A DNA stretch of 64,000 nucleotides from Methylococcaceae bacterium (GTDB lineage: Bacteria > Pseudomonadota > Gammaproteobacteria > Methylococcales > Methylomonadaceae). The stretch is taken from NCBI GenBank assembly GCA_030626845.1, contig DAOUTG010000001.1, positions 24,974-88,973 of the forward strand, read 5' to 3'. Both the position numbers and the translations under genes were made by a program. The stretch's first letter is position 1. Each line of letters opens with the position of its first letter. Under the pieces are notes generated by a model. It had not been told where the DNA came from, ran no database searches, and was given only the letters and a program-made list of their open reading frames with translations. Shown here one piece after another: positions 1 to 8,032 of the stretch.

Positions 1-1
1 T

Positions 2-667
2 GCTTTAGCAGATTTTTGCCAAGGAGGTGAACAAGAGGATGATATTAGTTTTGCAGAAGTTATTTGTGGAGAAGGTCTCTTTAAACAATCAAAGAAAGAT
101 TTAATTTCTGATATTAATGCCATTGCTGATATTACTACGACAGAAATTCAAGAGGATGATCCTTGGGCATGGCATTATCAATTGACTTTAGCAGGAACAG
201 AACTGGTTATACAAGATCCGATTCCCTTGTTAATTAGCCAGTTGAAAAATATGGAAAAAAACTTAGAAGATTACCTGCAGCCTCTTTATACTATTTTGAC
301 AGAACTTTATGTCAATGCTCTCGATCATGGTATTTTAAAACTAGATTCTAATCTGAAAAGTACCCCCGAGGGTTTTGGTATTTATTTTAATGAACGTGAA
401 AACCGATTAAATGACTTAACAACAGGAAGTATAAGTTTTTCTCTTAAAGGCTTTCGTCAAAATGATCAATTAAAAATAAAAATTACTATTGTTGATAGTG
501 GTACAGGTTTTGACATCTCAAAAGTTTTAAATAAACCTAAAGCAACAGAAGAAATGATTCTCTATGGTCGTGGAATTATTCTAGTTGAGGAGCTTTGTCA
601 ATCACTTGTTTACAGCGAACCTGGAAATAAAGTAGAAGTAGTCTATACTTGGAATGGTGCAATTTAA
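2..667 (+). CDS. C-terminal part (5' end cut by window edge) of a fused PP2C/SpoIIE-type phosphatase - HATPase_c (RsbW-like kinase) protein
   Basis: Frame 2 is open from nt 2, so the ORF-track TTG at 182 is internal. 'GGEQEDDISFAEV' resembles the last motif of SpoIIE/PP2C domains. Downstream 'ELYVNALDHG', 'DSGTGFD' and 'GRGIILV' are N-box/G1/G2-like HATPase motifs. Stop TAA at 665-667. Confidence 0.65.
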   Translation, partial: ALADFCQGGEQEDDISFAEVICGEGLFKQSKKDLISDINAIADITTTEIQEDDPWAWHYQLTLAGTELVIQDPIPLLISQLKNMEKNLEDYLQPLYTILTELYVNALDHGILKLDSNLKSTPEGFGIYFNERENRLNDLTTGSISFSLKGFRQNDQLKIKITIVDSGTGFDISKVLNKPKATEEMILYGRGIILVEELCQSLVYSEPGNKVEVVYTWNGAI

Positions 668-705
668 AGTTTAAATATTACTTGTTAAATTAAGAGGGTT
701 GAAAT

Positions 706-963
706 ATGTATGATGATGTAGACGAAGGTGATATTGAAATAATTTATGAACCCAAAGGTTTTTTAGAAGAAGCGCCTGGTCGAAAATCTTCCATGCGAGC
801 AATGAGTTTTATGGCTCTACTTGCAAGCATTATGTTTGGAATGATTAGTATGTTATACACAACTGAAGACTCTCAACAAACAGGAATTTTTCTAACCTTT
901 GGTTTTTTATTAGCCGCTTTCGCACCTAAAGCATTGCAAAAATTTGCAGAAGCTAGAATATAA
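706..963 (+). CDS. small hypothetical membrane protein (acidic N-terminus, two hydrophobic helices)
   Basis: ATG preceded by the AGAGGG Shine-Dalgarno-like motif about 7 nt upstream. Two hydrophobic segments (MSFMALLASIMFGMISMLY and GIFLTFGFLLAAFAP). No family recognised. Confidence 0.45.
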   Translation: MYDDVDEGDIEIIYEPKGFLEEAPGRKSSMRAMSFMALLASIMFGMISMLYTTEDSQQTGIFLTFGFLLAAFAPKALQKFAEARI

Positions 964-982
964 CAATTAGAGGCGTATAGGT

Positions 983-1855
983 TTACGTCTCTTTTGGTAA
1001 CGCTTTTTCAAACATTGGCGTTACAATGCCTGTTGCTGAATAAAGTTGCTGAACTTCTGTACTGGTACGTTTTTTAGCGGCACTTTTCAAGATAGGCTCG
1101 TAGGAAACTTTAGATTTAGGTTTTTCTAACGCAAGATAAGAACCGTGTAAGTCATTTTTATCTATAATACTACGGTTAATCTTATACCCCATTCGTTTTG
1201 CTAATATCTCTAAACTTTCTGTACTATGATAATGAAAAATACTCGCTGAAAAATCTTCGGGTACTCGACTTAAAAAACGCTTCCACCCCCTATCATTTGA
1301 TAATGACTGATATTCAATAATTAATTTTCCCGTTGGTTTTAAAATTCGCATTCCTTCATCTAAATATCCTAATAATTGTTCATTATTAAAATGTGAAAAA
1401 ACACCAAAACCAAAAAATAAATCAATGGATGCGTTAGGGATTTCAGGCAGACGACAATTTGAACACTGTAATACTGCCACCTGTGGATACTGACTATATT
1501 TATCTTTTAAAATAGATTCACAAATCTTTTCTGATAGATCAACTAAATAAACTTTCTCACAAATTGAAAAATATAAATCCGTAAAACGTCCCGTTCCTGC
1601 CCCTAATTCACAGACAGTCATTTGAGGCTTTAATAGATGACTAACCTCTTCCCATTCCGTTATTGTAGGCAAAAAATCTTTAGGCGGATAATCTATTTCA
1701 GGAAAACTAAGCGGGTTATCTGTTTCTAAACTTTGTTGATAGCGATAATAGGCAATCAAATCATCATCCCACAAAGTGGCTGGCACTTGATGAGACACTG
1801 TTAAATTAAAATGATTTAATAAAATATTTAAAACATGACATAATTTTTGTTTCAT
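983..1855 (-). CDS. class I SAM-dependent methyltransferase
   Basis: Motif I 'VCELGAGTGRFT', acidic 'YLVDLS' and post-I/II 'LKPTGKLIIE'. ATG lies 3 nt after the stop of the upstream cytochrome gene. Confidence 0.8.
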   Translation of the reverse strand: MKQKLCHVLNILLNHFNLTVSHQVPATLWDDDLIAYYRYQQSLETDNPLSFPEIDYPPKDFLPTITEWEEVSHLLKPQMTVCELGAGTGRFTDLYFSICEKVYLVDLSEKICESILKDKYSQYPQVAVLQCSNCRLPEIPNASIDLFFGFGVFSHFNNEQLLGYLDEGMRILKPTGKLIIEYQSLSNDRGWKRFLSRVPEDFSASIFHYHSTESLEILAKRMGYKINRSIIDKNDLHGSYLALEKPKSKVSYEPILKSAAKKRTSTEVQQLYSATGIVTPMFEKALPKET

Positions 1856-1858
1856 AAT

Positions 1859-4198
1859 TTAATTTAGGGGCTTTTTATTTTCTACGGCTCTTCGCATCAG
1901 TTTATTAATCATTTCCGCGTGCATATTATCATCTAAAACTTCTTTGCTATTCAATTTTTGCCATAATTCTGCATTGGTCATTTCTTTATGACAAGCCATA
2001 CACACCTGAGTTCGTTCCATTCTATCACGTTGTGCTTGTGATAACGGGCCTGTTAATGGCCAATGCGATCCTACGGTCACTAATTGCTTACCTTCTCGTG
2101 TGATAATCTGTGATAAATCCCATTTTAAATCAGGAATTGCAGGCATTTGTACTTGTGCATTGGCAGGAATAATCTGACCTGTCGCCGTTTCCAAATCAAT
2201 ATATCGCGGATTATTTAAACTAGTAAAACGCCCGCCTTCAATACCATAGCCTAGCGTTTTTGGATTATTATGACAACTCTCACAACTTCGCGCTTTTCGT
2301 CCAGTCGTATGAGGTTGAACGGCTGCCATATCTAAGCCAGGTCCTTCTGGGGTATTCCAAATTTTATTTTTTACAATGGTTTTTCCGTTCTTATCAATTA
2401 CCGTGGTAATCACCTGACAACCTGGCATCATTGGGGTAACGCGCCCTTCCCCATTAACCCCTAAAATTGGCGTTTCCCAGCGTAAATAGGAACGCGTTTC
2501 CTTTACTTTCCCTTCACTGGCATTCGATTTATCCTTGTAATCTTTATTTAAACCATTTTTACCCAATGAATTAGCGGTTTTAATCCAGTCAACACTGGTT
2601 TTGCCTTTAGAATAATCAACGGTAATATGACAGCCATAACATTGCGGTACCCAATCTGCATGACAGGCATAACACTCCATGTTATCCATATGCCCTTTAA
2701 CTTGTGCCATTGCTACATGTCCATCTAACGATTTCCATGTCTTATCTATACCAATCTGTTTTAATATAGGCACTTTAAAATCTAAACCTGATGCTGAATG
2801 AACAATCACTTCATCCCCTTTTTTAACGACATTTCCAAAAGGATTACCTCTTGCTGTCAATAAATAACCTTGTTCTGGTTTATAGATAGTTCCCCAACGC
2901 ATATAATCAGGAAGCTCTTTAGCTAATCCTCGTTCGGTTTTCTCTAAAGGTTTATCAAATTCTTCACCATAACCTAAGGGAAGTTCCCAAGGAAATTTAT
3001 CGGGCGTTCCATGGCAATCTGAACATTCAATTTCAACTTGTGCTAATGTTGTTCCTGCAATATTTCCATCACCATGTATATCAATCGAAGTATGACAATC
3101 TTGGCATAACAATCCCCCCTGCGGATTACCTTCTCGACTGGCTATTTGATGATGTAAATCATCTTTAATAAATAAATATTTTTTAGTATGTAAACCAGGT
3201 TGGGTATCGCCTTTATCATCATAAGGACTGCCATAGGGAAACTCCATTAGTCCTTGATAACTCACTCCAATACGTTTACCTCGATTGTGGCAAGTATTGC
3301 AAGTTTCAGAGGGAATACCTGAATAAGTCACCTTTCCAACTTTCACCTTGGATTTTCGGGTTGCTTGGAGTTTATGAACTAAAAGATGTCCCGCTTCTTT
3401 TTTATCAATCGTTGGATCACCGCCTTCATAAAGTCCTTCATTACTATAGGGAACATGACAGGCACTACAACCTGCCCCTCGATAATCACCGCGTCGTTCA
3501 CGTCCTTTTGAACCAACATGACAGCGTTGACATTCTTGCCTTGAATAAGTAATTCCCGCTAAATTAGGATGCTCGGAAATAGAATTAACATCCAATTCAG
3601 GCACTTGTTGCAATTCTTTTGGGAATTGATCGGGATGTGCCGCCAACATCTTTTCCATATATGCTTTATAAGCATCTGTTCCAATAGCAGGTGTCGCGCC
3701 ATCTTCATCTTTAATATCATAATTTCCCCAGACGACTTTCATATCTTTTTGAATTCCCCAGCTCCAAAAATTACCTTGTAATTTTCCTGCTTCGGTATTC
3801 ATTAAAGATTTTTTTAACCGATTAGCGACCCCTCGGTGACATTGACCACAAGTAAATTCATTAATCCAAATGCTTCCAGGGTCTGGGTAAAACATTTGCG
3901 GACCTGTTGCTGCCATTAATTGCTTAGGCGATCCTTGATGGGCTTTTTCTTTCGTCGTTGCATTAGGCGTTCCCCCATGACAAATAACACAGCCGCCTGG
4001 ATCACCATAAGGTTCAGCCATCCCTTTAATCGTTGTCATCATTAAGCCTTCAGTGAAATCCTCTATGCCTTGGTGGCAAACAAGACAGCCTTGTTGGTTT
4101 TTAGTACTTGCGCTTACCGCTTTCTCTGTTGCAGAAAAAACAGGGTTGAAATAAGCGAATGCAAATAAAAAGATTAAAGACAGTGGTTTTTTTTTCAT
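1859..4198 (-). CDS. periplasmic dodecaheme c-type cytochrome (12 CXXCH)
   Basis: 12 CXXCH motifs (CLVCH, CVICH, CGQCH, CQRCH, CSACH, CNTCH, CQDCH, CSDCH, CYACH, CYGCH, CESCH, CMACH). ATG at 4198 gives the signal peptide MKKKPLSLIFLFAFAYFNPVFSA. The ORF-track start at 4237 is a TTG 13 codons upstream. Confidence 0.85.
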   Translation of the reverse strand: MKKKPLSLIFLFAFAYFNPVFSATEKAVSASTKNQQGCLVCHQGIEDFTEGLMMTTIKGMAEPYGDPGGCVICHGGTPNATTKEKAHQGSPKQLMAATGPQMFYPDPGSIWINEFTCGQCHRGVANRLKKSLMNTEAGKLQGNFWSWGIQKDMKVVWGNYDIKDEDGATPAIGTDAYKAYMEKMLAAHPDQFPKELQQVPELDVNSISEHPNLAGITYSRQECQRCHVGSKGRERRGDYRGAGCSACHVPYSNEGLYEGGDPTIDKKEAGHLLVHKLQATRKSKVKVGKVTYSGIPSETCNTCHNRGKRIGVSYQGLMEFPYGSPYDDKGDTQPGLHTKKYLFIKDDLHHQIASREGNPQGGLLCQDCHTSIDIHGDGNIAGTTLAQVEIECSDCHGTPDKFPWELPLGYGEEFDKPLEKTERGLAKELPDYMRWGTIYKPEQGYLLTARGNPFGNVVKKGDEVIVHSASGLDFKVPILKQIGIDKTWKSLDGHVAMAQVKGHMDNMECYACHADWVPQCYGCHITVDYSKGKTSVDWIKTANSLGKNGLNKDYKDKSNASEGKVKETRSYLRWETPILGVNGEGRVTPMMPGCQVITTVIDKNGKTIVKNKIWNTPEGPGLDMAAVQPHTTGRKARSCESCHNNPKTLGYGIEGGRFTSLNNPRYIDLETATGQIIPANAQVQMPAIPDLKWDLSQIITREGKQLVTVGSHWPLTGPLSQAQRDRMERTQVCMACHKEMTNAELWQKLNSKEVLDDNMHAEMINKLMRRAVENKKPLN

Positions 4199-4273
4199 AA
4201 CCGCTATTTTAACGTACTCTTTATAGCTAAAAAACAATAAAATAATAAGGTGTAATGGACATTTACGTTAAAT

Positions 4274-5146
4274 TTACTCTATATTTTGAATTTGCTCACG
4301 CATTTGCTCAATTAAAACTTTAAGTTCAATTGAAATTTGTGTCATTTCTTTATCAGCAGATTTAGAACCCAAAGTATTTGCCTCACGATTCATTTCCTGC
4401 ATTAAAAAATCAAGTCGTCGTCCTACAGGCTCTTTTTGTTCCAATACCCGATTAACTTCAATAATATGCGATTCTAAACGCTCAAGCTCTTCACTTACAT
4501 CCAATTTTTGAATCATAAACACCATTTCTTGCTCAAAACGGTCAAAATTAGGTTCTGTCACCCACTCATTAATTCTTTCCGTCACCCTATTGCGTATTAA
4601 GGCTAACACTTTCGGCATTCTTTCTTCTGCCATTAATACATAATCACGCATTTTTTGACAACGCTGTTCTAATAAGTTTTTTAATTTCTCCCCTTCACCT
4701 TCTCTTGCTTCCAGCATTTTTGTAACGGCAGTTTTAACTAACTCATTCACAGCTATTTTTAAACGCACTTTATCAATTTCTACTTCTTGCTGTATGCCTG
4801 TAAAAGCTAAAATATCTAAAGCAGAAAAACCAGAAGGGCTATCCATTAAGGTTTCAATTTTTGTCGTTGCTGCAAGTAATGCCTCAACAGCGGGTATACT
4901 AATGTTAAAAAGTTGCCCCTCTTGTTGATGCTTTTTATAATTTAGGTTACATTCAATTTTGCCACGTTTAATTTCTGCATTAATAATAGAGCGTAAATCA
5001 GCTTCAAGAAAACGCAAACGTTCAGGAAGCTTAAATGAAATATCACAATAACGATGATTAACTGAGCGCAGTTCACAATTTATCGTTAAACTGCCTATTT
5101 GAATTTCGCTATTCGCAAAAGCTGTCATACTTTTTATCATTTTCAC
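4274..5146 (-). CDS. yicC: YicC-family stress-induced protein (YicC N-terminal domain plus DUF1732)
   Basis: N-terminus 'MIKSMTAFA' resembles E. coli YicC 'MIRSMTAYA'. C-terminal 'DFLMQEMNREANTLGSKS' is the DUF1732 signature. GTG 5146 has AAGGGG 6 nt upstream; ATG 5140 is an alternative start. Confidence 0.85.
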   Translation of the reverse strand: MKMIKSMTAFANSEIQIGSLTINCELRSVNHRYCDISFKLPERLRFLEADLRSIINAEIKRGKIECNLNYKKHQQEGQLFNISIPAVEALLAATTKIETLMDSPSGFSALDILAFTGIQQEVEIDKVRLKIAVNELVKTAVTKMLEAREGEGEKLKNLLEQRCQKMRDYVLMAEERMPKVLALIRNRVTERINEWVTEPNFDRFEQEMVFMIQKLDVSEELERLESHIIEVNRVLEQKEPVGRRLDFLMQEMNREANTLGSKSADKEMTQISIELKVLIEQMREQIQNIE

Positions 5147-5165
5147 TCATTACCCCTTTATTATA

Positions 5166-6065
5166 ATGGCCGAATATTACGACCCCAAAACCTATCCCAC
5201 TGAGTGGAATTACCTACAATCAGGTACTATTGTAGACCAGTATATGATAGAGCGCGAATTAGCCCATGGTGGTTTTAGTTCTGTCTATTTAGCACGATTA
5301 CTAAAAGATCAAACTCAAGTGGCTATTAAAGAATTTTTACCCAGAAAACAAGCCCATAGAACTTGGAATAATGTCGTTGTTCCCAATACTAAAGAGGATA
5401 AAGTTTTATTTAATAAGGGTCGCGCATTATTTTTTGAAGAGGCCAAAGTTTTAGCTCAACTGAAACATAAAAATATTGTCGAAGTGGTTAATTTTTTTAG
5501 TGCAAATTCTACTGTTTATATGGTGATGAATTATGATTATGGACTGGGGTTAAACCAAATTGTTGCCAATAAAGACACGCCAATGTCAGAAGAGTTTTTA
5601 GTGCAGGTTTTTAGTGCATTATTAGAAGGAGTCAGCAAAATACATGCAAACAAAATGGTACATCTGGATATAAAACCAGGGAATATACTCATTCGTCCTG
5701 AATATTCCCCTTTATTATTAGATTTTGGCGCGGTTCAAAAACTTGTAGAACTTACAAAACATAAACAACCCTTAGTAATTACCAATGGTTTTTCACCGAT
5801 AGAACAATATAGCAATAAAAATCGCATTGGTTCGTGGACAGATATTTATGCCGTCGGTGCAAGCATGCGCTCATGTTTAGACCGTAAGGCAATGCAGTCC
5901 TCACCTGAAAGAATTAAAAAAGACCTGACAATTCCTGCCACTAAAGTTTATAAACGTAAATTACCCGTTTATTTACTTGAAGCAATAGATTGGGCAACCG
6001 AAATACAGCCTGCTAAAAGACCGCAAACAACAAAGGCACTTATAGATGCGCTTAATCCTGCTTAA
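5166..6065 (+). CDS. stand-alone Hanks-type Ser/Thr protein kinase (non-RD: HLD catalytic loop)
   Basis: Glycine loop 'LAHGGFSSVYLA', 'VAIKEF' lysine, catalytic loop 'HLDIKPGNILI' and 'DFG'. No extra domains. No obvious Shine-Dalgarno motif; start uncertain (alternative ATG at 5244). Confidence 0.8.
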   Translation: MAEYYDPKTYPTEWNYLQSGTIVDQYMIERELAHGGFSSVYLARLLKDQTQVAIKEFLPRKQAHRTWNNVVVPNTKEDKVLFNKGRALFFEEAKVLAQLKHKNIVEVVNFFSANSTVYMVMNYDYGLGLNQIVANKDTPMSEEFLVQVFSALLEGVSKIHANKMVHLDIKPGNILIRPEYSPLLLDFGAVQKLVELTKHKQPLVITNGFSPIEQYSNKNRIGSWTDIYAVGASMRSCLDRKAMQSSPERIKKDLTIPATKVYKRKLPVYLLEAIDWATEIQPAKRPQTTKALIDALNPA

Positions 6066-6171
6066 TAAACCACCTATTCGTAATCGGTAGTCTATAACAA
6101 TTATCCTCTGTCATGTACAGAGGTAAATTATACTTACATGAGTAGTCATTCAAATTAAGATGATCCGTTAG

Positions 6172-6885
6172 CTACTTTTTGAAATTGATAACTTTATGTA
6201 AAGGATTCATATTAAGTTCGTCGATCACACTATGAGGACTGGAATTTAAGATATAACTTACCGCAGCAGAAATATCCTCTGGTAATAAATGTTGCTGGCG
6301 TTTTTCACCAGGCTCAAAAGTTAATTCTTTAAAAAAATCAGATTTTACCATTCCTGGGTTAATTAAACTGACTTTAAGTTGACTTTTTGCACATTCATTT
6401 CGCAATGCTTGAGTAAAACCTCGTAAAGCAAATTTACTGGCACAATAAATTGTTCCTTTACGCGACCCTTCTAAAGCCGCTTCTGAGCCAATATAAATTA
6501 AATCAGCGCGTTTTTTTTGTTTAAGTTTAGGGAGCAAAGCCCTTGTTAAAAAAACATTGCTAGTGAAATTAACATTCATTAGGTTTTCAATCTGCGAATA
6601 AGAAAACTCTTCCAAAGAGGCGAATTGCCCATAACCTGCGGCAAAAATAACGCCCTCTATTTTAGGATATTTTTTTTGCAATTCCAAAGTTTTTTTAGCG
6701 AGTGATTTTAAATCAGCTAAATCAATTTCAACACTAATAAACCGAGAATGAGCCTGTTCAAATTGTTGGCAATCACGTGAAATGCCAATGACATAATGTC
6801 CTTGGATTAATAAATCTTCGGCGATTTTTCTCCCAATACCAGAGCTTGCCCCTGTCACCAAAAAAGTACGTTTTAAACCGTGCAT
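6172..6885 (-). CDS. short-chain dehydrogenase/reductase (SDR) family oxidoreductase
   Basis: 'TGASSGIG' Rossmann motif and 'YCASK' (YxxxK) catalytic motif. Start overlaps the upstream gene by 13 nt. Confidence 0.85.
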   Translation of the reverse strand: MHGLKRTFLVTGASSGIGRKIAEDLLIQGHYVIGISRDCQQFEQAHSRFISVEIDLADLKSLAKKTLELQKKYPKIEGVIFAAGYGQFASLEEFSYSQIENLMNVNFTSNVFLTRALLPKLKQKKRADLIYIGSEAALEGSRKGTIYCASKFALRGFTQALRNECAKSQLKVSLINPGMVKSDFFKELTFEPGEKRQQHLLPEDISAAVSYILNSSPHSVIDELNMNPLHKVINFKK

Positions 6886-7868
6886 GGAAAAAATTTATCT
6901 TCAGGAATATAATCCAAAAGCATAGAAGAACAATCTACCATCATTTGTTGTTCTAAGGCTGTTTTATAAGACACCATCCCTTGTTGACAACTCAACGGAC
7001 TGGCAAATAACTTTTCTTCTGGGTAAAGTTTGTGAATTTTTTTAAAATATTTTTCAGGTAAGCGAAACGCGCCTAAACTCACCGAATGTAACTGCTGCAA
7101 ATCTATTTGCGCGAAAACCTGAGAAAATAATTGTTGATATAAAATTTTATAATCTGCATGATAAATTAAGGGATCAAAGCGTAAGCCTAACTGCCAACCT
7201 TGTTGCTGTAATTTAACCATTGCCGCTAATCGTTTGTTTAAATTGGGCGCTTTAGCTTCAACTTTATTGGCTATTTCATCAGGTGATAAGCTGAAAGCGA
7301 CAATACAGCGTTCAAAAGCCTGATTATTTAACAAGCTTCTAATCTGCGTACTTTTAGTTCTTAATTCTAGCCACGCATTAGGCGTTTCATAAAATGTAGG
7401 TAAAAATTGAGCGGTAAAATCAGTCACAGGTTCAAAAGCTAGGCTATCACAATCATAACCTGAAAAAAAATGAATGGCTTTATTAGGGGATGCGGCACAA
7501 ATATTTTTAATTTCTTGTTGATAATCTTCATAATTAACAAACAATACATAATTTGCCGATTGATACATGCCTTGTAAAAAACAATAACGACAATCATACA
7601 AACAGTTGAGCATATGGGAAAAATAATAATTTTTCTTCGCGCCAATACCGTAACCTAATGGCGCAGGTAAGGCAAAATTCTTATATTTTTCAGCAAGGAT
7701 TAAAGCTGGCTGTTGTTTTTGGAGACGAAAACTTTGTGCTTTAGGGTTAAATACTTCGCCATAACGCTCACAAGATATTAAGGTTGCTTTAGGGAAACGC
7801 TGGCAAATTCTTTTAACGCGAGGATGGTTGCGTATCGCCTCTTCAATATAAATTCGGATTATGTTCAT
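6873..7868 (-). CDS. spore-photoproduct-lyase (SplB)-like radical SAM protein
   Basis: CX3CX2C cluster 'CLYDCRYCFLQ'. Collinear resemblance to B. subtilis SplB blocks: IYIE, VNxE(D/E), (S/Y)xCxSD as 'GYDCDS', LxxxTKS, FSLSPD, and 'APNLNKRLAAMVKLQQQGWQLGLRFDPL'. Confidence 0.8.
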   Translation of the reverse strand: MNIIRIYIEEAIRNHPRVKRICQRFPKATLISCERYGEVFNPKAQSFRLQKQQPALILAEKYKNFALPAPLGYGIGAKKNYYFSHMLNCLYDCRYCFLQGMYQSANYVLFVNYEDYQQEIKNICAASPNKAIHFFSGYDCDSLAFEPVTDFTAQFLPTFYETPNAWLELRTKSTQIRSLLNNQAFERCIVAFSLSPDEIANKVEAKAPNLNKRLAAMVKLQQQGWQLGLRFDPLIYHADYKILYQQLFSQVFAQIDLQQLHSVSLGAFRLPEKYFKKIHKLYPEEKLFASPLSCQQGMVSYKTALEQQMMVDCSSMLLDYIPEDKFFPCTV

Positions 7869-8032
7869 GCTTGTATTTTACGATAAATTTGCGCTGCCTG
7901 GAATCCAAAACATGTTTTGGACTCCGTTTTACATTTTTGTCATGTACAGAGATAATCGCTAGTAATTAAAGAACCGTTGATAACTCAAGCTCTCTTCCTG
8001 TAGCAAAAAATGATTTAAAACGAATAAGCCTT

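Noticed and set aside
6107-6120. CTGT-N5-ACAG within the hairpin, considered as a possible LexA (SOS) box next to the SPL-like repair gene.
   Set aside because: The gammaproteobacterial LexA box is CTGT-N8-ACAG. The spacing here is 5 nt, so it does not fit.
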